From IMG/VR virus record IMGVR_UViG_3300047548_001271, positions 64,001 to 128,000 of that record: 64,000 nucleotides of DNA; one strand, given 5' to 3'. The DNA is from a virus. Under the pieces are notes generated by a model that saw only the letters and a list, made by a program, of their open reading frames with translations, made no database searches and was not told the DNA's origin. Shown piece after piece: positions 9,711-20,157 of the stretch (the stretch's first letter is position 1; each line of letters starts with the position of its first letter). The translations under genes and the position numbers were made by a program.

Positions 9711-10735
9711 AGTAATTCTTTTACTTTAGACAGAATAATATCAAATACATCTGGTCTTTCCTCAAGGAAGGAATACAATTTTGATTGTCCTTGAAATTTT
9801 GGGGCTTCTTCAAAATCTTTTGTACCAGCCAAAAATGGTATTGAATACCAAGCACCGGCTTTGTCTATTATAGACAATGCTTCTGCTAGTTCAATGACTT
9901 CCTTTTTACTGTCTATTCCTTTCCCGTATCTAAGATACGAGGTGCATTCTGTTCCCGTCGCACCAAGGCTAGACCACGACACTTTCCAATTTACAATTTG
10001 CCCTATCTTTTTCCCACTATCTTCCCAAGGCTCAACCCTCGATATATCCATTCTCGTATCAGATTGAAACTGAATCATCAACCCACCGTCTGGATTTTTC
10101 AGTTTTCCATATCCAGAGGTGTTTGTGATGTAATGTGTGATAAGTAACATTATCAATCTATTACTTGTTACAGTGTGTATATTCTTCTTAACCCAATGTG
10201 TCAGCAATTTTGGTAGTGACGCCCTAATAGTTGCCGACGGATCTTCCTCAAGCTCATTTAATGGCACAAGACATGAGACCGAATCAATTACACAAACAGC
10301 TCCTTTATTTTCCGGTAGAGACATTAATGACTCAAGAACTTTTAGATATTCTTCTGCTGATAATTGTCTTCTTCCTTCTGGAGAATGAATGATTTGTATT
10401 TTTGATAAATCAAAACCTTCTATTCCATTTAGATTGTATTGTTTCAATCGACTTTCAGCATCTAAGTATATTACGGGTCTTCCTTCGTCAATTGCGTTTT
10501 TACATATTTGTAGACACGTGGTACTTTTCCCACTCTTAGGATCTCCACAAAACAAATTCCATGTGCCCTCAGACAACCCACCATTTAATGCTAAATCAAT
10601 ACTAGGGCTAACAGAAAGAGTTCTTAGTTTTTTCTTTTCCGCAATAAGCTCATTACCCTTGCTAATAACTTTTCCAAATTCTTTTTCTATCGCTTTTAAT
10701 GATCCGAGATCTGCTTTTGCTTTTTTATCTTTCAT
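9707..10735 (-). CDS. recA: RecA/UvsX-like recombinase
   Basis: SIDLALNGG, GDPKSGKST, YLDAE, VIDSV, KAGAWY. Confidence 0.9.
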   Translation of the reverse strand: MKDKKAKADLGSLKAIEKEFGKVISKGNELIAEKKKLRTLSVSPSIDLALNGGLSEGTWNLFCGDPKSGKSTTCLQICKNAIDEGRPVIYLDAESRLKQYNLNGIEGFDLSKIQIIHSPEGRRQLSAEEYLKVLESLMSLPENKGAVCVIDSVSCLVPLNELEEDPSATIRASLPKLLTHWVKKNIHTVTSNRLIMLLITHYITNTSGYGKLKNPDGGLMIQFQSDTRMDISRVEPWEDSGKKIGQIVNWKVSWSSLGATGTECTSYLRYGKGIDSKKEVIELAEALSIIDKAGAWYSIPFLAGTKDFEEAPKFQGQSKLYSFLEERPDVFDIILSKVKELL

Positions 10736-11196
10736 AAATCGTGCAACCTATTTCTATTCTTACTAAATGGTTTAATAACATCAACAATCTCTTGCTCTTC
10801 TGTTTTTACTATCTCAAGATCTTTTTTGTTTTTCTCAAACTCTTCTATTATCTTAATAAGTTTCTCATCTTGCAGTTTTATCACGCCGCGAGATCTTTCA
10901 GACTTTAGAGCATTTATTATTGATTGGCCAGAATACTTTTTTAGTAGTCTACTAGCAGCAACGACTTGACCAGTAAATTGACCTTTGTATTTAGGCAAAT
11001 TCCAAAATCGCTCTGGATATCTTCCAGAGTTAAATATTTCAGCTCTTTTTTGGAATAGCAGCTCTACTATATATGAGGACTCTGATACATATCCTTCTCG
11101 ATATATGGATTTATAACTATTTTTTGATTTTTGTGACGTATTCTTGCTGTTTTTTTTCTGTGTTGATTTTTGCATTTTTTCTTGATTCGTCTCCAA
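10732..11196 (-). CDS. hypothetical protein
   Basis: 154-aa ORF within the operon. Confidence 0.55.
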   Translation of the reverse strand: METNQEKMQKSTQKKNSKNTSQKSKNSYKSIYREGYVSESSYIVELLFQKRAEIFNSGRYPERFWNLPKYKGQFTGQVVAASRLLKKYSGQSIINALKSERSRGVIKLQDEKLIKIIEEFEKNKKDLEIVKTEEQEIVDVIKPFSKNRNRLHDL

Positions 11197-11485
11197 TTTG
11201 AGATGATCCAGGCGTCATAACAATCGCACCGTATCGTTTGTTGCGAATAAATAAATCTTCAGCAGTGGCCATTTTCGGAGATCCATCATCAACAACCTTT
11301 TTATTGATTGTTTCTTCTTTTTGAGAAGATAAAGATTCTATTTCTTTTTTAATCAAATCTAATGGAATCTTAGTTGCAACTGATAATTCTTCGGGATCAA
11401 CATCTAAATGATTTGCTATATAAAACTTCTCCACTTTTGTAAGTGTTTTTTTCTTTACTTTTTTTCTAATTGACCCTTTGTTCAT
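11117..11485 (-). CDS. hypothetical protein (possible HTH)
   Basis: 122-aa ORF within the operon. Confidence 0.5.
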   Translation of the reverse strand: MNKGSIRKKVKKKTLTKVEKFYIANHLDVDPEELSVATKIPLDLIKKEIESLSSQKEETINKKVVDDGSPKMATAEDLFIRNKRYGAIVMTPGSSQIGDESRKNAKINTEKKQQEYVTKIKK

Positions 11486-11754
11486 GTCATTAAATTCCTT
11501 GATAAGTTAAAATATGATTCTTGTTTTGTTTTTAAAAATGATATGTACGCATTAAAACATCTTTCACTAACAGACTGCATTCTTGAATTCAATGGGACTT
11601 TATCAGTTGTTGGAAAAATACCCATACAAACTCTAATAAGAAACCGTTGGTTTCCACTCTCAAAGCTTATTTTTTTTGCAAAAAAATTATTTGCTAGATC
11701 ATTTGTGTCTATTATTTCACCATTAAAATTATAATAATCACAATTTTCCTTCAT
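11482..11754 (-). CDS. hypothetical protein
   Basis: 90-aa ORF coupled to neighbours. Confidence 0.5.
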   Translation of the reverse strand: MKENCDYYNFNGEIIDTNDLANNFFAKKISFESGNQRFLIRVCMGIFPTTDKVPLNSRMQSVSERCFNAYISFLKTKQESYFNLSRNLMT

Positions 11755-12079
11755 ATATATACCTATCTTTTTGTTCTGGAGTCATTGATGATATTTTTTT
11801 ATTTAAATCAGACCTCTCTTTATCAAAGAAATTTTTAGCAGTCTCTTTTTTCTTTGCGTCTCTTTCTGAGATTTCTCCAGTTCCAAGTTTTTTTGAATTT
11901 CTGTCAGCTAACTGGCCGATTGTCTTAGCCTCTTGTCTTACAAAGACCATTGGAGAATATATGAGTCTCTCAATAGATAAATTCTTGCAGTGTGGGCACT
12001 TTTTAAGTGGCTTATCTTTTACTGATTGTTCAGTATCAAATTGATGTTCGCAATCATAACATTTGTAAGTATAAATCAT
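11738..12079 (-). CDS. FmdB-family zinc-ribbon protein
   Basis: M.YTYKCYDC.H.F...Q......L..CPHC. Confidence 0.8.
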   Translation of the reverse strand: MIYTYKCYDCEHQFDTEQSVKDKPLKKCPHCKNLSIERLIYSPMVFVRQEAKTIGQLADRNSKKLGTGEISERDAKKKETAKNFFDKERSDLNKKISSMTPEQKDRYIYEGKL

Positions 12080-12777
12080 TCTTCCACAGCCCTCAAAAAT
12101 GTATAAACAAGGTCTCTACGTTGAATATCATCATAGTCGAGTTCGCATATAGCTATTTCTTTAACACCCCTAACTTTATTAATTATAAAGTCTAGTCCAC
12201 TTTTTTTCAAGTCTGTTTGTTTAGTATCTCCATTAATTAAAACTTTTGAATCTTTTCCGATTCTAGTTACAAACATTTTTATTTGTTCAATAGTACAGTT
12301 TTGAGCTTCATCTAAAATCATGATAGAGTTATCGAATGTAAACCCCCTCATCATTTCTAGTGGTTCAAACCTAATTGTTCTATCGTTAACTAGCAATCCG
12401 TAATGTGGTCCTAAAAATTTCTTTAAGTTTTCTTGCATTGGCCCAAGATATGGATTAATTTTATCTGACAATTCTCCAGGTAGAGAACCTACATCTTTTC
12501 CCGTACAAACTAACGGCCTAGTTACTATTACTTGAGAATACTTACCTTCCATAATAAACTTAGAGGCCATTCCAGCAGCAATATAACTTTTACCACAACC
12601 AGCAGGACCAGTGCAAAAAACAATATCATATTCGCTAATACAACTTATATAATCATTTTGATTTGGAGTTTGACCTTGTAGTCTAATTTTAGGTTTTTCA
12701 TGTGAAACCCTTTCTTTTTGTTTTGGTATTACTCTTGACCTTTTAGTTGACTCGACACGTGGCTTTCGTCTAGGCAT
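12076..12777 (-). CDS. phoH: PhoH-family ATPase
   Basis: GPAGCGKS, LPG.L..K..PY, MRGFTF, ILDEAQN, GDTKQTD. Confidence 0.93.
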   Translation of the reverse strand: MPRRKPRVESTKRSRVIPKQKERVSHEKPKIRLQGQTPNQNDYISCISEYDIVFCTGPAGCGKSYIAAGMASKFIMEGKYSQVIVTRPLVCTGKDVGSLPGELSDKINPYLGPMQENLKKFLGPHYGLLVNDRTIRFEPLEMMRGFTFDNSIMILDEAQNCTIEQIKMFVTRIGKDSKVLINGDTKQTDLKKSGLDFIINKVRGVKEIAICELDYDDIQRRDLVYTFLRAVEE

Positions 12778-12778
12778 T

Positions 12779-14479
12779 TTATCCCTCGCAAGATTTGCAT
12801 GATAGTATATTCCTCGCCAGTTCTTGAGCTGGATTGGAACTTCGTTGATAGTAAAATGTCTTTATACCCATTCTCCACCCTTCAATTAAAAGGGAGCTAA
12901 CATCTTTTGGTGATGTATTTGATGGAATCATTAGGTTTAAAGATTGTGACTGATCTATATATTTTTGTCTTTGAGCGGCTTGTATTACAATTTCTTTTTG
13001 AGAAATTTCTCCAAAAGTTTTGAATACATTTTTTTCATCATCAGATAGAAAATCTAAATGCTGAACAGATCCACCTTTAACTAAAATAGATCCCCAAATA
13101 TCTTCTGTATTTTTATCTTTTTCTGTCAACAAAGACTGAAGATATGGGTTTCTATATGTAAAATTGCCCTTAGCTAGTTTTTTAACAAAGTAATTAGAGT
13201 TTAAAGGCTCTATAGACTGTGAAACTTGTCCAAGAATAAATGAGCTAGATGTTGTTGGTGCGACTGCTAATAGAGTTGTATTTCTCTTGCCATAACCTTT
13301 TAAGTAAAAGGGTTCACCAAATAGATTAGCCAATTCTTTTGTTGCGGCATTAGCTTTTTCATTAATTGTTGACCATATTTGACTGTTTAGTAGTTTGGCT
13401 TGCATAGATTCAAATGGAATCATTTTTGATTGTAGCAGCGAATGCCAACCAAGGACACCAGCTCCTAACGCTCTATGGTCTCTAGCAAATCTGTGAGCGT
13501 TAGACATAAAAGGAATGTCTCTGCTTTTTTGAACAAACTCTTCATTCACAGCATCTAAGAAATAGATTAACGTTTCAATAGCATCTGTTTCTTTTATTTC
13601 GTCCCAGTGTAATAAATTTAATGAAGATAGAACACAAACGAATGATTCCATATGATCCGTTGGTAAACAAATTTCAGAGCACAAGTTTGAAGCATGTATT
13701 TTTTTATCTCGATCCTTATAAACTTGTGGTTTGTTTGAATTAACAGTATCTCCAAACATTATATATGGATATCCACTTTCAAATCTCTTTTGAATTATTT
13801 TGGCCCATATAGCTCTTTTAGAAACATCGCCTTCTATCATTTTGTTCATAAAATCATCGCTTATTACAACTCCAAATGAGCTGTCTTGGATTGGGTTTCC
13901 CTCAGAGCGAATTCTGAGAAACTCTTCTATGTCTGGATGATCAACGTTTAGATATGCAGCGAATGAACCTCTCCTAGTAGAGCCTTGACTAACAACATTC
14001 GTTACCGAGTCAAACAATCGCATGAAATGAACTGGTCCGCTAGATTCTCCGCCTACGCTAATTGCAGATCCTCTTGGCCTTAGATCGCCAAAATATGCAG
14101 AAGTTCCACCACCCAATTTAGACATCATACCAGTCTCAGATACAGAGTATAAGATTGATGCCATTTTATCTTGTATGTAAGAACCAAAACAACTAACTGG
14201 TAGACCTTTTTTTGTTCCAAAATTAGTCCAAACGGGGGTTGATAAAGAATAATACCCCTTTGCCATATATCTTTGAAATTTTTCAGAAAAATCATTGATC
14301 TTTATAAGATATGGAATGTGTTCAAGTGGAGTGTTTAACATCTCAGTAGTTAAATTATTACGCAATATACTAGCAGCATTATCTGCAATTTCTTTTATTC
14401 TTTGCTCTACTGGTATATCAAAATAACCTCTTTTTATAAATATTCTAGTATCATCATTTAGCCAATAATAATCTGCCAT
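12779..14479 (-). CDS. nrdA: ribonucleotide reductase class I large subunit
   Basis: PVSCF, SNLCSEI, VAPTTSSS, KTFYY, C-terminal CKSC. Confidence 0.95.
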   Translation of the reverse strand: MADYYWLNDDTRIFIKRGYFDIPVEQRIKEIADNAASILRNNLTTEMLNTPLEHIPYLIKINDFSEKFQRYMAKGYYSLSTPVWTNFGTKKGLPVSCFGSYIQDKMASILYSVSETGMMSKLGGGTSAYFGDLRPRGSAISVGGESSGPVHFMRLFDSVTNVVSQGSTRRGSFAAYLNVDHPDIEEFLRIRSEGNPIQDSSFGVVISDDFMNKMIEGDVSKRAIWAKIIQKRFESGYPYIMFGDTVNSNKPQVYKDRDKKIHASNLCSEICLPTDHMESFVCVLSSLNLLHWDEIKETDAIETLIYFLDAVNEEFVQKSRDIPFMSNAHRFARDHRALGAGVLGWHSLLQSKMIPFESMQAKLLNSQIWSTINEKANAATKELANLFGEPFYLKGYGKRNTTLLAVAPTTSSSFILGQVSQSIEPLNSNYFVKKLAKGNFTYRNPYLQSLLTEKDKNTEDIWGSILVKGGSVQHLDFLSDDEKNVFKTFGEISQKEIVIQAAQRQKYIDQSQSLNLMIPSNTSPKDVSSLLIEGWRMGIKTFYYQRSSNPAQELARNILSCKSCEG

Positions 14480-14488
14480 ATTATACCT

Positions 14489-15463
14489 TTAAAATAAATC
14501 TTCTGGTGAAAAACTTTGATTTTTCTTTGAATACTCAACCGGTCTTGAATGAAAAAAGTCAGACTGATTATTTCCAATTATTTGCTCATTAAACCAAACC
14601 GTTTTTTCTAGTTGGGAATTATCAATATCAAATATTTTATCAAATCCAATTTCATGCAGAGAATCATTCATTCTGTTTTTTATAAAATTCTCAATCAAGA
14701 CTAAATTGAGATGCTCTTGCGAATATCCATTTAATATCCATTCAACTATTTTAAGCTCATGTTTAACAGCATCATTAGCTTCTGATAATATTTTTTGCGT
14801 TAATTCTTCATCAAATAATTCTGGGTATTCTTTTCTTATCGTATTAATTAATTTAATACCAATAATTGCGTGGAGATTTTCTTCTCTCGACGTATATTCA
14901 ATTTGCTTGTTTGTATCTTTAAGCTTATTATGAAACTTGCCGAAGTATGAAATAGTGTAAAATTGTGAAAATAACGCGATATTCTCAACAAACAACGTAA
15001 ATAATATCAATGAATATACAAACTGTTTTTTATTATCAGAATGAAACTTGTGTAAATGCTTTCTCAAATAATTAACTCGACCTTTTATAATATCAAGTTC
15101 TAGGATTTTATCAAACGCATCATTAATCCCAAGCACTTCTAATAGTCGCTCATAAGCATTTCCATGTATAACCTCAGTATTAGCCATGACATAGCCAAGA
15201 TCGTTTATTGATGGATGCGGTAGATTATCTCCAACTTTAGCCCAAAACTTTTTTACAGAAATTTCTAGCTGACCAATAGTTGCTAGTGCTCTAGTTATAA
15301 TTTCTTTTTCTTGGTCGGTAAATGAAACTAAAAAATCTTGTACATCACTAGTAAAACTAAACTCTTTATCAGTCCAAAATCCATTATGCATTGCTTGAAT
15401 AAAATCATTGGTCCATGGATAAAGATTCGGCTTTCTGCTAATTTGCTCGTCAAATATTGTCAT
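14489..15463 (-). CDS. nrdB: ribonucleotide reductase class I small subunit
   Basis: EVIHGNAY, VENIALFSQF, EENLH, DFF...VEY. Confidence 0.95.
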   Translation of the reverse strand: MTIFDEQISRKPNLYPWTNDFIQAMHNGFWTDKEFSFTSDVQDFLVSFTDQEKEIITRALATIGQLEISVKKFWAKVGDNLPHPSINDLGYVMANTEVIHGNAYERLLEVLGINDAFDKILELDIIKGRVNYLRKHLHKFHSDNKKQFVYSLILFTLFVENIALFSQFYTISYFGKFHNKLKDTNKQIEYTSREENLHAIIGIKLINTIRKEYPELFDEELTQKILSEANDAVKHELKIVEWILNGYSQEHLNLVLIENFIKNRMNDSLHEIGFDKIFDIDNSQLEKTVWFNEQIIGNNQSDFFHSRPVEYSKKNQSFSPEDLF

Positions 15464-15509
15464 GTATATCTTTCTTAAATAGACGTAATTATATGCATAT
15501 AATGCATGT

Positions 15510-15537
15510 ATTATATGGTGTTTGAGATAGATGTCAA
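15510..15537 (-). promoter_or_regulatory. sigma70-type promoter upstream of nrdB
   Basis: TTGACA-N16-TATAAT on the minus strand. Confidence 0.75.
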
Positions 15538-15547
15538 CGTGGAAAAA

Positions 15548-16069
15548 TTAAATAATGCCCATCACTGTGATACTATATGAAGCAACACCGGAGGACGTTC
15601 CAGACGTTGACGCAACATTGTGCAGTTGCAATCTATTAGCGGTTGATGTATTTATACCGCCATGCGGGTCATTGTATATGAAGCTAGAATATGGCTTTAT
15701 TAAAAGGTTTCCACTTCCACCATTAAAGAAAGATGTCGCCGCGTTTACGCCAGTAGCTCTTATGTTTAAATCGACACCGCTAGATGTTGATGTGTTTGAG
15801 ATTACAATGGATTTAATTGTCTTAAAAGAAGCGACACCTGTAACGCCAAAATCAACTGAATTATAAGATCCAAAATTAATTGATAGATTAGATCCACTTG
15901 GGATTACTCCTGTTGTTTTTACAACAGAATTAACTTGAAAATTTCCAGTTCCATATGTAAAATCACAAGCATTTTGTGAGTTGTCTGTTTTAGTTGATGC
16001 TTGACTTGTAGATGAGTCACTAATTGTGTATTGAATCTGAGCCAGTGATTTTGCCGATAATACTGTCAT
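15548..16069 (-). CDS. Ser/Thr/Gly-rich beta protein, probably virion-associated
   Basis: Composition only. Confidence 0.5.
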   Translation of the reverse strand: MTVLSAKSLAQIQYTISDSSTSQASTKTDNSQNACDFTYGTGNFQVNSVVKTTGVIPSGSNLSINFGSYNSVDFGVTGVASFKTIKSIVISNTSTSSGVDLNIRATGVNAATSFFNGGSGNLLIKPYSSFIYNDPHGGINTSTANRLQLHNVASTSGTSSGVASYSITVMGII

Positions 16070-16070
16070 A

Positions 16071-16640
16071 TTAATTACCTTGATTAAGTTTTAATATTTC
16101 TGAATAGATAGTTTCCGCAGTTTCATTGCCAAATCGTTTTACAATTTTATTCGACTGAGTATCAACTAAAAGGAAATATGGTATTGTGTCAAAATTGTAT
16201 TTTTCTGCAAGATCTGGTTCTTCATCAATATCATAAGATTCAACTTTAAATCCAGCAGATTCTAGTTTTGGTTTTTCAACTTGATCCCATGATTTGCATG
16301 GAGCACACCACTCAGCAGTAAATTTTACTAAATAATATTTTTGTTGTAGTGAAATAGGTTGAGGATCTGATGTTATTTTCTTGCATTTGCAATTATCACA
16401 TGGACAAGGTGTTTTGTGTCCATCTCCATGTGTTAGTTGTTTTGTCCCATTACACGCACACGCATTCCCATCATCAGGTTTGTCTGGTTGTACAGAGTCT
16501 TCTCCACTTTCTGAATTTACAATGAAGGCAACATATCCTTCAGACTCTTTTTCATCAATAGTTCTATTTGATTGTTGGGTAATAGTAGACGGTAGAAATA
16601 AAACAGCACCAACAAATAATAGTGGCAGAAGATCTTTCAT
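16071..16640 (-). CDS. exported thioredoxin-domain protein with Cys-rich linker
   Basis: Hydrophobic N-terminus, CACNG...CPCDNCKC, FTAEWCAPC, cis-Pro loop TIP. Confidence 0.8.
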   Translation of the reverse strand: MKDLLPLLFVGAVLFLPSTITQQSNRTIDEKESEGYVAFIVNSESGEDSVQPDKPDDGNACACNGTKQLTHGDGHKTPCPCDNCKCKKITSDPQPISLQQKYYLVKFTAEWCAPCKSWDQVEKPKLESAGFKVESYDIDEEPDLAEKYNFDTIPYFLLVDTQSNKIVKRFGNETAETIYSEILKLNQGN

Positions 16641-16651
16641 TTTAAAATCCT

Positions 16652-16882
16652 TTAGTTTTCAGTTTTTTCTTCAACTACACACTCGCCTAAACAACAGCAG
16701 CAGCATGTTTTGCAACAACAATCATCACAAGTATTACATGTATTGCAAGACTCGCACGACTGATTGGAGTTTTTTGGCGCCGTAATATAAACAACAATAC
16801 CCAACAGAGTTAAGCCAATCGCGAATAAAATTGTTTTTTCAATTATTGATTCTATATTCATTTTAGAGCCCTTTAAAACCAA
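16652..16882 (-). CDS. small membrane protein with Cys-rich tail
   Basis: One TM helix followed by CESCNTCNTCDDCCCKTCCCCCLGEC. Confidence 0.55.
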   Translation of the reverse strand: MVLKGSKMNIESIIEKTILFAIGLTLLGIVVYITAPKNSNQSCESCNTCNTCDDCCCKTCCCCCLGECVVEEKTEN

Positions 16883-17085
16883 GAGTTTCAGGAAAATTCA
16901 AAGGTAAAAAACGCAAATAACAAGGTAAATAAAAATAAAATTCTATATAGAAGCGCAATACAATAAGAGTAGTAAATATAAGAAATTTTAAAAAATCAAT
17001 TACTTTATCTGAAAAAGTACGTTCATCAGGCATATACCAAAACAAAGCGACACCAATAAATAATATTGACAGACTATCATTCATT

Positions 17086-19116
17086 TTAAAAAATTCTAGT
17101 ATTAAGTTTTTGAGGTTTGAAACCATTGTAACCAGAGAAAGCCCAACAATCACCGCTTTTTAGAATTCTATTTTCAATTTCTTGGGCATCAACCCAGAAT
17201 GAACCATCTGGTTGATTATGTCTTTTTGGTCCACTATTCCAGACTCCCCAAGAATTTTGAACTAACACTCCAGGTCTTTTATATTCGTCGTCAACGGCAA
17301 TAATGCACATTTGATGCGCCCAATTTCCTTCTGGTTTAGCAAAACCTTCAGAATCTCTCTTGTTAGAAAACCCTTGATTACTAGCAATCGTAACAGCATA
17401 ACCATTTACAATTAAATCTCTAACTTCGTTATATGTTTTTACTTGGGACACAGTTAATACACTATGTTCCTTAGCTATTGGTATTAATTCTGCTGGAACA
17501 CCAACACTTGGCATTCCCCAAGATTTTGCTCGCTGTGCATCATATTTTGATAAATCAATATTTCCATATTTCTGTCTTGCTAAAGCCCCGAATTTACTAA
17601 CATATTCTGCGGCCCACGCACCTAACGATCCATCGTCAGATCCGATTTGCCCCTTGCCAATTTGTACTCTGCTGCCAGCGTAAATATCCTCAGTAGCTGT
17701 CTCAGCAACCCACTCCTCAAACTCTTTATTAAGGAAGATATCTACGGCTTTAATAATATCTACTGCATATGCGGCTCCCATTGATACACAATTGTGAATT
17801 CCATATCCATTGCATATAAACGAATGATCTTCTTCTACTCCTATACAATATACGTATTCAGTTTCAGGTTCAACAATTTCTATTTTACATATTTTTGCAG
17901 CCTTACCATACTTAGTAACTTGCTTTTGGTTTAATTTTAATCCAATCGCTTGTTGTGTTAATACATCTACACCACAGTTAAGATTTAGTGAAAAAGATTC
18001 TTTGCTTTGTTTATACGCTTTTCTTTTTTGAATAGAACAATTTATATTAATTGAGTTTGCTATTTGAAAAAAATCATATATTAAATTTTCTGAAACAGAA
18101 ACTCCAATTTGATTATTATATCCATCACCATCCATCCATCCAGATAAAATCTGTAGTTTATTTTGTTCTGTTGTTATGAGTAAATCTTTATTTAATTTTT
18201 TGTTGTAAACATTACCAGAACATAATTTCTTAAATAGAGAACTGATAAGTAAATTTTGAACTCTTACATATATTATAGATGGTTTTGAAGGAACTGACGT
18301 TATGATGGCGTCAAAATCAAAAACGTCTTTAATATACGATTTTATCTTATTTGCTAACACGACCTCTTTAGAAGATAAGTTAAAGGTTATTCTTCCATTA
18401 TCAATACCGCCCTCTGCCGCATAAATCCCAATTAACCAGCAAAGCTTTTCATCTAAATCAATAAACCTGTTTATTTCTTTACTTGATCCTTTTACTCTTA
18501 TTTTATTAAAAAAAACAGGTTGTGTTCTTAATTTTTTAAAATCAGATTCGCTTGTTATAGATTCACCACATAAATCTTTTAAGTCGTATTTATATTTATT
18601 AATTGAAGGAAGTTTTGGTAATAGAATATAGTCGCCTTCATTTAAAGCGACTATAGGCTTCCATTCTATTTTAGATTTGTCTCCTGATTTACCCCTTCCA
18701 ACATTTGGAAGATACATATATAAATGATCTGGAGTTGACTCTATTGGTTTTTTATAGCCAGAAACGTGTATTCTTACCATGCTTTTATTGTATGGTTTTT
18801 TTATATAGTCTATAACTCTTCTAATGTTTCCATAAGGACTTATTACATATTCTCCTATCTTTATATCTTTTATTTGTTTTTCAGACCCATCCGCCATTCG
18901 AACCATAGCAGATGGATTTTGACAGTCGCCAATACCTTGATTCCTATTAGGAAATGAACCAGCAACTTTCTCTACAATCTGATATAGTAATGCTTTTTTA
19001 CCAGCACCGCTATCCTTAATTGGAGCCCAAACATCATTAAAAACCGGGAAAGGTAATCTATTCATTACCTTTTCAACTAAGTTTGGTTTATTTACCCATC
19101 CAAATTTATTACTCAT
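17086..19116 (-). CDS. papain-like (C1) cysteine peptidase interrupted by an intein
   Basis: Spliced product reads NQGIGD|CVSMGAA (oxyanion Gln, catalytic Cys), WAHQM (His), VQNSWG (Asn). Confidence 0.88.
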   Translation of the reverse strand: MSNKFGWVNKPNLVEKVMNRLPFPVFNDVWAPIKDSGAGKKALLYQIVEKVAGSFPNRNQGIGDCQNPSAMVRMADGSEKQIKDIKIGEYVISPYGNIRRVIDYIKKPYNKSMVRIHVSGYKKPIESTPDHLYMYLPNVGRGKSGDKSKIEWKPIVALNEGDYILLPKLPSINKYKYDLKDLCGESITSESDFKKLRTQPVFFNKIRVKGSSKEINRFIDLDEKLCWLIGIYAAEGGIDNGRITFNLSSKEVVLANKIKSYIKDVFDFDAIITSVPSKPSIIYVRVQNLLISSLFKKLCSGNVYNKKLNKDLLITTEQNKLQILSGWMDGDGYNNQIGVSVSENLIYDFFQIANSININCSIQKRKAYKQSKESFSLNLNCGVDVLTQQAIGLKLNQKQVTKYGKAAKICKIEIVEPETEYVYCIGVEEDHSFICNGYGIHNCVSMGAAYAVDIIKAVDIFLNKEFEEWVAETATEDIYAGSRVQIGKGQIGSDDGSLGAWAAEYVSKFGALARQKYGNIDLSKYDAQRAKSWGMPSVGVPAELIPIAKEHSVLTVSQVKTYNEVRDLIVNGYAVTIASNQGFSNKRDSEGFAKPEGNWAHQMCIIAVDDEYKRPGVLVQNSWGVWNSGPKRHNQPDGSFWVDAQEIENRILKSGDCWAFSGYNGFKPQKLNTRIF
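17791..18924 (-). mobile_element. intein (378 aa) with LAGLIDADG homing endonuclease
   Basis: Block A CQNPSAMVRMADGS, block B STPDH, LIGIYAAEG and LSGWMDGDG motifs, block F VYCIGVEEDHSF, terminal HN followed by +1 Cys. Confidence 0.93.
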
Positions 19117-19540
19117 ATTTTATTGCCATATAAATAGAGTTGAATATGTTATATAACCAAGTTCTGTCTCGTTGTGTTGACAGCTCTCTAGGCTCGTCAT
19201 AACCTTCTTCTATTAGATAATCTGAGATTGCATCCGTAAATCTAGGATATTTATCAACCTCCCACATATATGAGGATTGAACTTTTAATAGTATAGGATA
19301 GAAGTCAGAGCTTTTATTTAATTTTTTTGCGTTCTTAATATAGAGTGCTGAACCGGCTATCTGCTTATAAAAAAGGTCTTGATCTTCTTTATCTAGCTTC
19401 TTAAATTCTACTTGTATTTTTCTTAAAGAACTTGTTAATTCAAAATCTTCATTTTCAGAAGTGTTGTCAACTCTATCATCAACTCCAGGTCGATTACAGC
19501 CAACACAAAATAAAATAGCAAGTATAAATACAAACCTCAT
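19109..19540 (-). CDS. putative lipoprotein
   Basis: Signal peptide ending in lipobox-like CVGC. Confidence 0.6.
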   Translation of the reverse strand: MRFVFILAILFCVGCNRPGVDDRVDNTSENEDFELTSSLRKIQVEFKKLDKEDQDLFYKQIAGSALYIKNAKKLNKSSDFYPILLKVQSSYMWEVDKYPRFTDAISDYLIEEGYDEPRELSTQRDRTWLYNIFNSIYMAIKYE

Positions 19541-19547
19541 AAAATCC

Positions 19548-19937
19548 TCATCTTTTTACTATTAATATGTCAACTAATTTCCTAATGATTTCAGTAAGTT
19601 CTTCAGAATTCAACTCTTTGTTTTTATCTCTTAAAAACTCAATAACATTGTATTTATTTATTAAAATACCACCATCTGGTGAATTATCTTCTTTGTCTGT
19701 TTTCTCTTGGTCAACAAAGAAATAATCAAATTCTTTTTCTTTAGTTGAATTGTTATTTACTAATTTTATAATTGTAGATAGATCAAATCCAGAAGCTAAA
19801 TAATAGATTCCACAAGCAACACAAACACCGATTTTAATCCAGAAGTTGTTGTCCGCTACAAAATCTGGATTATTATACCAATAATAATACTGATAGGCAG
19901 AATATCCAAAAAGAGGTATAGAAAGAGCGCTTTTCAT
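19548..19937 (-). CDS. membrane protein
   Basis: Hydrophobic N-terminal segments. Confidence 0.5.
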   Translation of the reverse strand: MKSALSIPLFGYSAYQYYYWYNNPDFVADNNFWIKIGVCVACGIYYLASGFDLSTIIKLVNNNSTKEKEFDYFFVDQEKTDKEDNSPDGGILINKYNVIEFLRDKNKELNSEELTEIIRKLVDILIVKR

Positions 19938-19946
19938 AAGTCACCA

Positions 19947-20156
19947 TTATTCTTTTGTGTTATCTTTTACCCATGTTATTACAGATTCTAATAGTGTAGA
20001 TATAACTGGAACAACTAGTGGAGCCATTGGCCCTAGATCTAATACTGATAATTTTGTTGAAATAAATGTTAATCCAGCGGCAAGAGAAACCAAGACCGCA
20101 TTTTTAATTACTTTGTTAACTTCTTCTTTATTTACTGATAAATTTTTCGATCCCAT
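19947..20156 (-). CDS. small two-TM holin-like protein
   Basis: 69 aa, two hydrophobic helices, charged ends. Confidence 0.5.
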   Translation of the reverse strand: MGSKNLSVNKEEVNKVIKNAVLVSLAAGLTFISTKLSVLDLGPMAPLVVPVISTLLESVITWVKDNTKE

Positions 20157-20157
20157 C

